DNA from: Xanthobacteraceae bacterium
GTDB taxonomy: Bacteria > Pseudomonadota > Alphaproteobacteria > Rhizobiales > Xanthobacteraceae
Reading direction: 5' to 3'
Length of the DNA: 64,000 nucleotides
Assembly: GCA_022844205.1 (NCBI GenBank)
Contig: JALHMF010000004.1
Span: 52,979-116,978, forward strand
A program made the translations under genes and the position numbers. Of this stretch, positions 26,886 to 36,650 are shown one piece after another. The notes under the pieces are model-generated. The model was not told the DNA's origin. It saw only the letters and a program-made list of their open reading frames with translations, and made no database searches. The number at the start of each line of letters is the position of its first letter. Position 1 is the first letter of the stretch.

Positions 26886-27763
26886 CAGTACGTCACCTTG
26901 CGCTCGACATATTTGAACTGGATCGCCGTCAGTCCGATCACGATGATCATGAGGATGACGGATTGCGCCGCCGAGCCGCCGAGATCGCCGCCGAGACGCC
27001 CATCGAAATAAACCTTGTACACCATCGTCTCGGTTGCCTTCGCAGGACCGCCGCCGGTCATGGCGTCAATGATGCCGAACGTATCGAAGAAGGCGTAGAC
27101 GATGTTGACCACGATCAGGAAGAACGTCGTCGGCGACAGCAGCGGAAATACAATGGTCCAGAAGCGCCGGAAGGGACGGGCGCCGTCGATCGCGGCGGCT
27201 TCATGCAGGCTGCGTGGAATCGCGGCAAGCCCTGCGAGGAAAAACAGGAAGTTGTAGGAAATCTGCTTCCATGCCGCGGCAGCCACCACCATGGTCATCG
27301 CGTGATTGCCGTTCAGCAAAGGATTCCAGTCGTATCCGAGTTCGCGCAGCCCGCGCGCAAGAATGCCGAACGAAGGCTGGAACATGAATGCCCAGAGCAC
27401 GCCCGCGACTGCCGGCGCCACCGCGTAGGGCCAGATCAGCAGCGTGCGATAGATGCCGCTCGCCCGTAGCGGCTTGTCGGCCTGCACCGCCAGCAGCAAC
27501 GCGATCGAGAGCGAGGTGAAGGAGACGATGGTGGAAAAGAAGAGCGTGGTCCCAATCGTGCGGTAATATTCCGCGCTTTCGTAAAGGTGCTTGTAGTTCT
27601 CGAACCACACGAAAGTTGTCGAAAGGCCAAACGCATCCTGCAAGAGAAACGATTGCCAGAGCGCCTGGATCGCCGGCCAGTAAAAAAAGATCATGGTGAT
27701 CGCGATCTGCGGCGCGATCAGCAAAAAAGGAAGAAAACGATTCTGGAAAAGCGCGCGTTTCAT
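26885..27763 (-). CDS. ugpA: sn-glycerol-3-phosphate ABC transporter permease
   Basis: 292 aa, a MalF-type permease with EAA loop [20 protein letters not shown]. The stop overlaps the ugpE start. Confidence 0.85.
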   Translation of the reverse strand: MKRALFQNRFLPFLLIAPQIAITMIFFYWPAIQALWQSFLLQDAFGLSTTFVWFENYKHLYESAEYYRTIGTTLFFSTIVSFTSLSIALLLAVQADKPLRASGIYRTLLIWPYAVAPAVAGVLWAFMFQPSFGILARGLRELGYDWNPLLNGNHAMTMVVAAAAWKQISYNFLFFLAGLAAIPRSLHEAAAIDGARPFRRFWTIVFPLLSPTTFFLIVVNIVYAFFDTFGIIDAMTGGGPAKATETMVYKVYFDGRLGGDLGGSAAQSVILMIIVIGLTAIQFKYVERKVTY

Positions 27764-27807
27764 GCGAATGAAGCGGGCGGGCCGTCAGTGCGGCCCGCCC
27801 GGATTGA

Positions 27808-29109
27808 TCAGCGTGTAACCGTGCGTTCGAACTGGCGCAGCATGGCGTTGCCGCGCTGCACGGCGCTGTCGAGCGCATCCTTCGCGGACTTTTTGCCCGC
27901 GAGTGCCGCCTCGAACTCTTCCGCCCAGACATCGCGCAACTGCACCATGTTGCCAAGCCGGAGACCGCGGGAGTTTTCCGTCGGCTCCTTGTTGGTCAGC
28001 TCCAGCAGCGGCGTCTCCAGATACGGCGCTTCCTTGTAGTAGCCGGACTCCTTTGTCTTGGCATAAGCCGCCTTCGTGATCGGCAGATAGCCCGACGATT
28101 TGTGGATCGCGACCTGGCGGTCGGTTTCCGACAGGAACGAGAAGAACTTCGCGACGCCTTTGTATTCGTCGGGTTTCTTGCCGCCCATCACCCATAGCGA
28201 AGCGCCGCCGATGATCGAGTTCTGCGGAGCGCCGGAAACATCGGGGTAATAAGGCATCGGCGCGTTGGTCCAGTCGAACTTCGCATTCGACTTCACGTTG
28301 CCGAAAAATCCCGACGAGGTGAGGAAGATCGGGCATTCGCCGGAGGTAAAGCGGCCTTCGCCCGTATTGGTGCGGCCGGAATAGTCGTAGGTCTTGTCCT
28401 TCTGCAATTCGATCAGCGTTTCGAGATGCTTCACGAGCAGCGGGTTGTTAAAGCGCAACTCCGTGTCGAAACCGTCAAGGCCGTTCGCCTTGGTGGAGAG
28501 CGAGACGTTGTGCCATGCCGACATCTGCTCGACGTTCACCCACGTTACCCAGGCATTGGAGAACCCGCAGGTGGCGTAGCCCGCGGCTTTCAGTTTTTTC
28601 GCCGCATCGAAGACTTCCGGCCAGGTTTTGGGGATCGACGCAACATTCGCCTTCTTCAGCGCATCGCGGTTGATCCACATCACCGTGGACGAAGAGTTGA
28701 AGGGGAACGAAAGCATCTCACCCTTTGATGTGGAGTAGTAACCGGTGATCGCGGAGAGATAGGCCTGCGGATCGAATTTCTCGCCGGCTTCCTTCATCAG
28801 CACATGCACAGGCTTCACGGCCCCGGTCGCCGCCATCATGGTGGCGGTGCCGACCTCGAATACCTGCAGGATGTGGGGTGCGTTGCCTGCGCGAAATGCG
28901 GCGATGCCGGCATTCATCGTGTCGGGATAGCTGCCCTTATAGGTGGGCACGACCTTGTATTCTTTCTGCGATTCGTTGAACTCGTTGGCCAGCCGGACGA
29001 CGACTTCGTTGTTGCCGCCCGTCATTGCGTGCCACCATTGGATTTCAACCTGTGCGGACGCGGGCGTCACATAGAAAGCTGCGGCCATGAAAATGGCGAA
29101 GCGGCGCAT
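27808..29109 (-). CDS. ugpB: sn-glycerol-3-phosphate-binding periplasmic protein
   Basis: 433 aa from ATG 29109 ([29 protein letters not shown]). [44 protein letters not shown] closely parallels my recollection of E. coli UgpB ([44 protein letters not shown]). Confidence 0.9.
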   Translation of the reverse strand: [433 protein letters not shown]

Positions 29110-29294
29110 TGATCCCTCCTCGGATGAACTTTGTCGGCGAGGCATTTTCCTGCCCCGTTGCGATCAGCTTACGGGAGAAAAGTGTCGTCTCCAACTGTAA
29201 GCTCGATATATGACAAGCCTTTGAAAATAATACGGTATTGGCTGAACCGCCGGAGGGAGAAAAAGCCTGTCCCGCCAATTCTTCAAGGGAGAAA

Positions 29295-30050
29295 TCAGCT
29301 TTTGATCCAGTACCCGCCGAAATCATCGACCTGCGCGATCGGCTCGTGGATTCCGTGCGCGGCCCGGAATTCGTCAACGGCTTCGCGCTGCGATTCAAAC
29401 AGGAAGTAATCGTCCACGATCAGCGTTCCGCCACGCGAAAGCTTTGCATAAAGGCAGTTCAATCCGTCCATGGTGCTTTCATACAAATCGCCATCGAGCC
29501 GCAGCACGGCGAGCGATTTCACCGGTGCTGCCGGAAGCGTATCCTTGAACAGGCCCTCGAGAAAAATCACCTGATCGTCGAGCAGGCCATAATGCGCAAA
29601 ATTTGCCTTCACTTCTTCAAGCGATACCGCAAACAGGCTGTTGCGATGAAAATCCGCGGCAAGGTCGGCCTCCGATCCGCGGGCGGGAGCGGGTGGTCCG
29701 GCGAACGTGTCCGCTGCGAACACGCGGCGGTTCGCAATGCCATAGGCCTTCAGCACCGCACGCATCATGATGCTGGCACCGCCCCGCCACACGCCCGTTT
29801 CCATGAAATCGCCGGGGATATTGGCCGAGAGCACCCGTTCGCATTCCTGGCGCAGGTTTTCCATGCGCTTGGCACCGATCATGGATGGCGCGGTGGCGGG
29901 CCAGTCCCATCCGTTTTCTCGAAATTCGTCGTTGAAGCCTTCGGCTTTCGATCCCGGCAGGGCCGGGTCGCGGTTCAGCCGTCCGATCAGACTCTCACGC
30001 ATGAGGTCGAGATAGGCCTGGACCGATGGATCGTCGGCGGGCGAGGGCAT
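29295..30050 (-). CDS. TylF/MycF/NovP-family SAM-dependent (sugar) O-methyltransferase
   Basis: 251 aa. GDFMETGVWRGGASIMMRAVL is the SAM-binding block and LRLDGDLYESTMDGLNCLYAKLSRGGTLIVDDY holds the metal-binding Asp residues typical of macrocin-O-methyltransferase-like enzymes. Confidence 0.85.
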   Translation of the reverse strand: MPSPADDPSVQAYLDLMRESLIGRLNRDPALPGSKAEGFNDEFRENGWDWPATAPSMIGAKRMENLRQECERVLSANIPGDFMETGVWRGGASIMMRAVLKAYGIANRRVFAADTFAGPPAPARGSEADLAADFHRNSLFAVSLEEVKANFAHYGLLDDQVIFLEGLFKDTLPAAPVKSLAVLRLDGDLYESTMDGLNCLYAKLSRGGTLIVDDYFLFESQREAVDEFRAAHGIHEPIAQVDDFGGYWIKS

Positions 30051-30146
30051 GGCTGCGCCGTTCTACCGAAACTCTGAAAACCTCACAAACTTGCGGAATT
30101 CGTTGAACTCCGGCTATGGCTGTGCGTTGCGCTTCGCAGGGTGAGG

Positions 30147-31169
30147 ATGGCAAGCAAGAAAATCTTGATTACCGGCGGGGCCGGGTTCGTCGGCTGCAAC
30201 GCGGCGAAGTATTTTGGCGAACGCAACTGGAACGTGACCGTGCTCGACAATCTTTCGCGCACCGGCACGGAGAACAATCTGCAGTGGCTGCGCGATGAAA
30301 CCGCGTTCGATTTTGCGAAAGCAGACGTTCGGGAACGCGCGGCCGTGGACAGCATCGTCTCCGAGGGCCGTTTCGACGCCGTGCTGCATCTGGCGGCGCA
30401 GGTCGCTGTCACAACCTCGGTGATCGATCCGCGCGCGGATTTCGAAGCCAATGCGCTCGGCACGTTCAACATGCTCGACGCGGTCCGGCGTTATCGTCCC
30501 GACACGGTTTTCATCTTTGCCTCGACCAACAAGGTTTACGGCAAGATCGTCACCGCTGAAACGGTGCTGCGCGGCAGCCGCTATGAGTATGTGAACCGCC
30601 CGCACGGCATCAGTGAGAGCGAGCCGCTCGATTTTCTTTCACCTTATGGCTGCTCAAAAGGTGCCGCCGATCAATACGTGCTCGACTTTTCCCGGATTTA
30701 TGGGATTCCGGCGACTGCGTTCCGCCAATCCTGCATCTACGGCACCCGTCAGTTCGGCGTAGAGGATCAGGGCTGGGTTGCCTGGTTTGCGATTGCGTCG
30801 CTGCTGGGTCGGGAGATCACGATTTTCGGCGACGGCAAGCAGGTGCGCGACGTCCTGCATGTGGACGATCTGCTGCAGGCTTATGAGGCGGCAATCCGCG
30901 CACCGGACAAGATCGCCGGTGAGGCGTTCAACGTGGGTGGCGGCCCAAAACAGGTCATGTCGCTCCTGGACCTGATCGGAATGCTGGAGAAAAAGTTCGG
31001 CCGGAAGATTCCGCTGAAGTTCGACGGCTGGCGGCCCGGTGACCAGCAGGTTTACATTAGTGATATTCGCAAGCTTGACCGCCTGCTGGGGTGGAAGCCG
31101 GAAAAGGATGCCGCCGCCGGTGTTTCCCAACTGATCGAATGGGTAAAGCAGAACCGCTCACTGTTCTGA
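30147..31169 (+). CDS. NAD-dependent NDP-sugar epimerase, CDP-paratose/tyvelose 2-epimerase family
   Basis: 340 aa from ATG 30147. KILITGGAGFVG, VLDNLSRTGTENNLQWL, STNKVYG, SPYGCSKGAADQY and GDGKQVRDVLHVDDL are colinear with my recollection of Salmonella Tyv/RfbE. Confidence 0.8.
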   Translation: MASKKILITGGAGFVGCNAAKYFGERNWNVTVLDNLSRTGTENNLQWLRDETAFDFAKADVRERAAVDSIVSEGRFDAVLHLAAQVAVTTSVIDPRADFEANALGTFNMLDAVRRYRPDTVFIFASTNKVYGKIVTAETVLRGSRYEYVNRPHGISESEPLDFLSPYGCSKGAADQYVLDFSRIYGIPATAFRQSCIYGTRQFGVEDQGWVAWFAIASLLGREITIFGDGKQVRDVLHVDDLLQAYEAAIRAPDKIAGEAFNVGGGPKQVMSLLDLIGMLEKKFGRKIPLKFDGWRPGDQQVYISDIRKLDRLLGWKPEKDAAAGVSQLIEWVKQNRSLF

Positions 31170-31446
31170 ACTCTGAACAGCTTTCTCGCGGCATTAACGA
31201 TGGGCGTAAATTTCTGTCCGGCTGTGTTTGCCGTCCAACATTCGCCGCGTTGGATAAACATCGTGCTGGTGGAACTTTTAGAAGTCCATGTGCGTTCTAC
31301 ACCGGCTTTCAGACGTGCCGAAAAGTGGTTACAGTTCAAGCCTGTAGCTGGAGTCTTCCTGAATAATTATTCATCGGCCAGATGCATCGTCCAACGCGGC
31401 GCTAGGGCGGCTCGCGGCGGACGGATGTAACCCGGAGCGTGTAAAC

Positions 31447-32412
31447 ATGGACAGCGGTCGCAGAGTTCTGGTAACCGGCGGCGCTGGTTTTATCGGTTCT
31501 CATCTTTGCGAGCGGTTGCTGGCTCAGGGCAGCGAAGTCCTCTGCGTCGATAATTTTTTCACATCCACCCGTTCCGGCCTTGTCCATCTGATGGATGACC
31601 CACGCTTCGAGCTGATGCGACACGATGTCTGTTTTCCGCTCTATGTCGAAGTGGAAAATATCTACAATCTCGCTTGTCCAGCTTCGCCCGTTTCCTACCA
31701 GATGGATCCGGTACAGACGACGAAGACCAGCGTGCATGGCGCGATCAACATGCTCGGTCTTGCCAAGCGCCTGAAAGCGAAAATCCTGCAAGCTTCCACC
31801 TCGGAAGTGTACGGCGACCCGGCGGTTCATCCGCAGCCGGAAGAATATTGGGGTAACGTCAATCCAATCGGCCCGCGCTCCTGCTATGACGAAGGCAAGC
31901 GCTGCGCGGAAACGCTTTTCTTCGACTATCACCGGATGCACCAGCTTCGCATCAAGGTGGCGCGTATCTTCAATACCTATGGGCCGAGGATGCAGATGAA
32001 CGACGGCCGTGTCGTTTCGAATTTCGTCGTGCAGGCGCTGCGCAACAAGGACATCACCGTCTATGGCGACGGCGAGCAGACCCGTTCTTTCTGCTACATT
32101 GACGACATGGTCGATGGGCTGATCCGCCTGATGGAGTCCGGAGACTCGATCACCGGTCCGATCAATCTTGGTAACCCGGGGGAGTTCACGATTCGCGAAC
32201 TGGCGGAAATAGTTCTCAACATCACGGGCTCCAGTTCCAAGATCGTTCACCGTCCGCTTCCCATGGACGACCCGAAACAGCGCAAACCCAATATCAGCCG
32301 CGCCCAGGAACTGCTGAACTGGCGCCCGACCGTAAAGCTGCGGGAAGGCCTTGCGCGTACCGTGGCGTATTTCGAAAAACAGATTGCATCCGAGCCGCTA
32401 AAGACGGTCTGA
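31447..32412 (+). CDS. UDP-glucuronate decarboxylase (UDP-xylose synthase)
   Basis: 321 aa. [54 protein letters not shown] and [11 protein letters not shown] form the UXS/ArnA-decarboxylase-type signature set. Confidence 0.85.
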   Translation: MDSGRRVLVTGGAGFIGSHLCERLLAQGSEVLCVDNFFTSTRSGLVHLMDDPRFELMRHDVCFPLYVEVENIYNLACPASPVSYQMDPVQTTKTSVHGAINMLGLAKRLKAKILQASTSEVYGDPAVHPQPEEYWGNVNPIGPRSCYDEGKRCAETLFFDYHRMHQLRIKVARIFNTYGPRMQMNDGRVVSNFVVQALRNKDITVYGDGEQTRSFCYIDDMVDGLIRLMESGDSITGPINLGNPGEFTIRELAEIVLNITGSSSKIVHRPLPMDDPKQRKPNISRAQELLNWRPTVKLREGLARTVAYFEKQIASEPLKTV

Positions 32413-32436
32413 TTCGCTCGGGGGGAACACTATCCA

Positions 32437-33423
32437 ATGAGAATTCTCGTCACGGGCGGGGCTGGGTTCATAGGCACCCATCTGAGCCGGAGGCTGCTTG
32501 CCGACGGTCACGAAGTGTCGGTGGTCGATAACGAATCCAACGGCGACCCGTCGCAGCTCCTGAAAGAAGTCCGTTATATGCGTGGCGATGTCGTCCGTCC
32601 GGAAGAGATGGAGCCTGTGTTCGCCCGCGGCCTCGACGCGGTCTGTCATGTAGCGGGCCAGGTATCGATCATCCGCTCGTTCTCGGACCCGGTTGCCGAT
32701 CTGCGGACGAATGTTGAAGGTACGCTGAACGTGATCAATCTGTGCCTGAAATACAAAGTGCCGCGCCTGATCTATGCTAGCTCCATGACGCTTTACGGTC
32801 AGGTGGAGACCGTGCCGACGCCGGAAACCGAACCATGTCTGCCGGATTCCTATTACGGAATCACCAAACACGCCGCGGAACGTTACGTCCATTCCACCGC
32901 CGAGCGGCCGGACTTCGATTTCGATTTCAAGGTGACTTCGCTGCGGATGTTCAGTGTCTACGGGCCGGGGCAGGCCTATAACAATCCCTATCAGGGCGTG
33001 CTTGGCATTTTCTCCGGCAATATCCTGCGTAACGAGCCGATTACTATTTTTGGGGACGGCGAACAGACGCGCGATTTCATCTATATCGACGATGTCATCG
33101 ATGGCTGGGTGCGTGCATTGCATGCGCCGGAAGCCGCCGGAAAGATCATTAATCTGGGCAGCGGCCGTTCCACCTCCATCAATCAGCTCGCGGAAGCGAC
33201 GATCACCGCGTTCGGTTATCCGAAAGGCGGCTATCCGCTTGTGCGCAAGCCGGGCCGTCCGGGCGAGCAGCGCAAGGTGCAGGCGGACATCGCGCAGGCG
33301 AGGGCGGTGCTTGGCTGGGCGCCGAAAACGCCGTTCAAGACAGGCCTTGCAAAAACCGTCGAGTGGGCGCGCAAGGAATTTTCCACAATCGCGCTCGCAG
33401 CCGCAAGCGGAGCCGCCCGTTGA
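32437..33423 (+). CDS. NAD-dependent NDP-sugar epimerase/dehydratase (GalE-like extended SDR)
   Basis: 328 aa with [14 protein letters not shown], the catalytic YGITKHAAE (YxxxK) and GDGEQTRDFIYIDDV. Confidence 0.8.
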   Translation: MRILVTGGAGFIGTHLSRRLLADGHEVSVVDNESNGDPSQLLKEVRYMRGDVVRPEEMEPVFARGLDAVCHVAGQVSIIRSFSDPVADLRTNVEGTLNVINLCLKYKVPRLIYASSMTLYGQVETVPTPETEPCLPDSYYGITKHAAERYVHSTAERPDFDFDFKVTSLRMFSVYGPGQAYNNPYQGVLGIFSGNILRNEPITIFGDGEQTRDFIYIDDVIDGWVRALHAPEAAGKIINLGSGRSTSINQLAEATITAFGYPKGGYPLVRKPGRPGEQRKVQADIAQARAVLGWAPKTPFKTGLAKTVEWARKEFSTIALAAASGAAR

Positions 33424-34523
33424 AGCTTCTGCTGGTTACCTCGGTTGACGCCTGGACCCGCAGCACCGCCACCATTCACAAATGGGTGGAGACCGGCCGT
33501 GCACTCGGTCACGATGTCTCGGTCTACGGCGAGCCGAATGGCGAACTGCCGGCGCTGAATTTTACGACTGATACCTCCGGGTACGATCTGGCGCTTTTTG
33601 TCGTGCAGGTGCCGAGCGATTTTCCGGAAATGCCTTATCTGGCGCGCGTGCTCGACAGTGTTCCACGCGAGCGCCGCGTGCTTGCCGATTTGTGGGGACG
33701 CTATAACGAGACGATCCGGATCGACCACGACTTCAATCATCTGGAAAAACTCGACGGCCATCTTGGCTGGGAATGGGACGACGCGTTTCGCTCCGTATCG
33801 GGTCGCATCGTGCAGCCATCGTTGACGCCGCTCCGGGCGGATGTGCAGCCGTTCCTGTTTCACGGATTTGATTCCGCCTCGATCGTGAAGCCGCATGCTT
33901 CGGCGAAAGATGCCGCCGCCGCCTGGGCGAAAAAACCGCTCGGCATGATGTATGTGGGCAGCAACTGGCAGCGTTGGGAGCAGCTTCGCGCTTTTCTGGA
34001 ACAATATGGAAAAATCCGGGATCGTGCTGGCCCGGCGGCTCTCGTTGGCTGGGACTGGAGCGCTCGTCCCGACTGGGCAGTCGAAAAGAGCATCAAAGGC
34101 GTCGATACCGATCCCGCGTTACTCGCGAGACTGAACGTCGATATACGTCACGGTGTACGTTTCGATGAGATCGTGGCGCTGCTCGGTCAAGCCAAATTCG
34201 CGCCTGTGTTTCATCGCCCGCTGTTTCGGCATCTGGGCTTTGTCACCAATCGCAGCTTTGAGACTTTTTACGCCGATACGATTCCGGTTCTGATGCTGCC
34301 GGAGAATTTCGTGCGCTCGATTTACGGCGACACGGCGCTGAAGCTCGTTCCGGCTGCGGGCGTGAGCACATTCCTGGCGGACGCGATCGCCAACCCCGAA
34401 CCGTATTGGGATGCGGTGCTGCGGACGAGGCAGCATCTGGCGCAGCATCATTCATACAAGATCCGCTTCGATGAACTGGCGGCCATCGCGAAATTTCCGG
34501 TCTCAGCGGGGACAGCGCGGTGA
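33420..34523 (+). CDS. uncharacterised GT-B/CgeB-like (Glyco_trans_1_2-like) protein, paralogue 1 of 3
   Basis: About 367 aa from TTG 33420 (TTGA overlap with the epimerase stop). The track ORF from 33363 would overlap the epimerase by 60 nt. It shares conserved blocks with the next two genes: GHDVSVYG, VPRERRV, DFNH, QPSL, YVGSNW, RSFETFYADTIPVLML and IYG. No TM segment or signal peptide is evident. Confidence 0.6.
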   Translation: MKLLLVTSVDAWTRSTATIHKWVETGRALGHDVSVYGEPNGELPALNFTTDTSGYDLALFVVQVPSDFPEMPYLARVLDSVPRERRVLADLWGRYNETIRIDHDFNHLEKLDGHLGWEWDDAFRSVSGRIVQPSLTPLRADVQPFLFHGFDSASIVKPHASAKDAAAAWAKKPLGMMYVGSNWQRWEQLRAFLEQYGKIRDRAGPAALVGWDWSARPDWAVEKSIKGVDTDPALLARLNVDIRHGVRFDEIVALLGQAKFAPVFHRPLFRHLGFVTNRSFETFYADTIPVLMLPENFVRSIYGDTALKLVPAAGVSTFLADAIANPEPYWDAVLRTRQHLAQHHSYKIRFDELAAIAKFPVSAGTAR

Positions 34524-35578
34524 ATTGTTTGTTCGTCATGAAACATCGCGGCAACGCCGGAAATACACATGCGGTAGCGAACTATATTCGGGTCGCGCCT
34601 AAATTCGGGCACGAGATTGCATTATTTGGCGATCCGCAGCCGCATCTGCCCGAGTTGAAATTCTCCCGCGACATCCGCGCCTTCGACCGTCTCGCGTATC
34701 TGTTCGAATCCGAAATATACCGGTTAAGCCCGCTGCATGAAGCGACCATGCTGGGCTCCGTTCCGAAGCAGCATCGTATCGTTTTCGACATGGACGGCAT
34801 GTATAACCCGGTGATCGAACTCGACGGATACGATTTCAATCATCGTTCCGAGGATGAGCGCGCGGCGTGGGCGGCGCATTACGAGGCGCTTTCAAATAGT
34901 GTGGCGAAGCCGACCATCGCCAAGCCGGATCATCCGCGCGTAAACCCGATGATTTTCTACGGCTACGATTCCACACTGGAACTTCCACTGGAAACGGTAC
35001 CGACAAAGGAATTCGACATTCTGCACGTCGGCCATAACTGGTGGCGCTGGCGGGAAGTGGAATCGGAATTGTTGCCGGCGTTCGAAAAAATCCGGGATCA
35101 GGTCGGCGAGATCGGCTTTATCGGACTTTGGTGGGACCGGCCTCCCCCAGAAGGACCGGAAGCAGGCCCGCAACTTGCATTCCAGTCCGATCCCGAGCGC
35201 TTCCAGCGGCTCCGCATCAAGACAAGCGAAGCCGTAATGTACACCGATGTCATCCGCACAATGAGCAGTGCCAGGATCAACATTTTCACCCAGCGTCCGT
35301 TGCTGCATCACCTGAAGCACCTGACGCTGAAGTATTTCGAGATTTTTTACGCCGACACCATCCCGCTCCTGATGCTTGACCGCGATCTGGTCGAGGCGGT
35401 CTATGGGCCTGCCGCGCGAGAGCTTGTATTGCCCGGCCGTGTCGCGGAAAAAATCCTCGATGCCCTGAGCCGCCCGGATCACTACCGTGAAGTCGTGTGC
35501 GATGTGCGGCGCCATCTTGCTGAAAATTTTTCGTACGATCGGCGAATGGAAGAACTCGTAGCCGCGTTGAAGAACTAG
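34520..35578 (+). CDS. uncharacterised GT-B/CgeB-like protein, paralogue 2 of 3
   Basis: 352 aa from GTG 34520 (GTGA overlap with paralogue 1). Shared blocks are GHEIALFG, VPKQHRIVFDMDGMYN, DFNH, HVGHNW, KYFEIFYADTIPLLML and VYG. Confidence 0.6.
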   Translation: MNCLFVMKHRGNAGNTHAVANYIRVAPKFGHEIALFGDPQPHLPELKFSRDIRAFDRLAYLFESEIYRLSPLHEATMLGSVPKQHRIVFDMDGMYNPVIELDGYDFNHRSEDERAAWAAHYEALSNSVAKPTIAKPDHPRVNPMIFYGYDSTLELPLETVPTKEFDILHVGHNWWRWREVESELLPAFEKIRDQVGEIGFIGLWWDRPPPEGPEAGPQLAFQSDPERFQRLRIKTSEAVMYTDVIRTMSSARINIFTQRPLLHHLKHLTLKYFEIFYADTIPLLMLDRDLVEAVYGPAARELVLPGRVAEKILDALSRPDHYREVVCDVRRHLAENFSYDRRMEELVAALKN

Positions 35579-35600
35579 TTGCTCCCGGAGGAGCAGCAAA

Positions 35601-36650
35601 ATGAAGCTGGTGTTCGTGTACTGGGGTTACGAGAACGCCGGAAGCATGCTGGATTTGCGCGGCTATGCGCGGGCGGCACGCGGCCTCGGGCATGAGGTCA
35701 CGGTTTACGGGCCGCCAAACGATTATTTCAAGCTGGATTATTCGCAGGATTTGTCGCGAGCCGACGCGGTGGTCTTCGTGTTCGAATGGACGACGCATCT
35801 GCAGTTCGGGGACCGCCTCGACTGGGCGCGGTTACTCTCTGCCGTTCCCCGCAGCCGCCGTGTCGTCATTGATTGCGACGGCGCCTACAACGATCCGATC
35901 GAGTTCCGCGGCGATTACAATCATCGTACGCAAGAGGAGAGCAGCAAGTGGATCGAGGTATGCGACAGCATCTCCGACAAGATCCTGCAACCCACGCTGC
36001 GTCCGAAGCGAAAGAACGTACGTCCGTTTTTCTTCCATATCTACGACTCGACCTGGGAAACGCCGCTGGATTTCTCCGCCAAGGAATTCGGCATGATCTA
36101 TGTGGGTCATACGAAATTCCGCTGGCATGGCATGTCGCAGGTCTTAAAAGCGATGGAGCCGGTTCGTGAAAAGCTTGGCCGCGTCGCGTTAGTAGGCGAT
36201 GGCTGGGATCGCGCGATGGAGTGGACCGAGTTTCAGGACATCAAGGCGAATTACTATGTGGACCGGGAATACCTGAAGAAGCTGAACGTTGAAGCGCTGC
36301 CTCCGGTGCCTTTTCCGAAGGTTACGGAGACCATGAACAGGGGCATTTTCAACCCAGTCGTTTATCGGCCGCTGTTCGAGTATCTTGGCATGGTCACCTG
36401 CCGCACGTTTGAAACACCGGCGGCGGGCACGATTCCGCTGTTCCTGCTGGACGAGGAATATGTGACTGAAATCTACGGGCCGCGCGCATCGCAGCTTTTG
36501 CTGGGCGGCGATGCGAGCGGAAGAATCGCCGACGTTGTCACACGTCCCGGGCATTATGCGGGCATCGTGCAGGACATCCGCAAGGATTTTGCAGTCCGGC
36601 ACAGCCCTGAGTCGCGGCTGCGTGAATTGATCGGCATCATTGGGGAGTGA
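35601..36650 (+). CDS. uncharacterised GT-B/CgeB-like protein, paralogue 3 of 3
   Basis: 349 aa with the RBS GGAGGAG 7 nt upstream. Shared blocks are GHEVTVYG, VPRSRRVVIDCDGAYN, DYNH, QPTL, YVGHTKF, RTFETPAAGTIPLFLL and IYG. Confidence 0.6.
   Translation: MKLVFVYWGYENAGSMLDLRGYARAARGLGHEVTVYGPPNDYFKLDYSQDLSRADAVVFVFEWTTHLQFGDRLDWARLLSAVPRSRRVVIDCDGAYNDPIEFRGDYNHRTQEESSKWIEVCDSISDKILQPTLRPKRKNVRPFFFHIYDSTWETPLDFSAKEFGMIYVGHTKFRWHGMSQVLKAMEPVREKLGRVALVGDGWDRAMEWTEFQDIKANYYVDREYLKKLNVEALPPVPFPKVTETMNRGIFNPVVYRPLFEYLGMVTCRTFETPAAGTIPLFLLDEEYVTEIYGPRASQLLLGGDASGRIADVVTRPGHYAGIVQDIRKDFAVRHSPESRLRELIGIIGE

Noticed and set aside
29206-29217. PHO-box-like half-site (minus-strand CTTGTCATATAT) upstream of ugpB
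   Set aside because: Only one TGTCAT-like half-site is present. The expected second half-site one helical turn away does not match, which is too weak to call a PhoB site.
31200-31430. 76-aa ORF in the 277-bp gap between the first epimerase and the UDP-xylose synthase gene
   Set aside because: It has no RBS, odd composition and no motif. The gap more likely holds an internal promoter. It is flagged only as non-coding.
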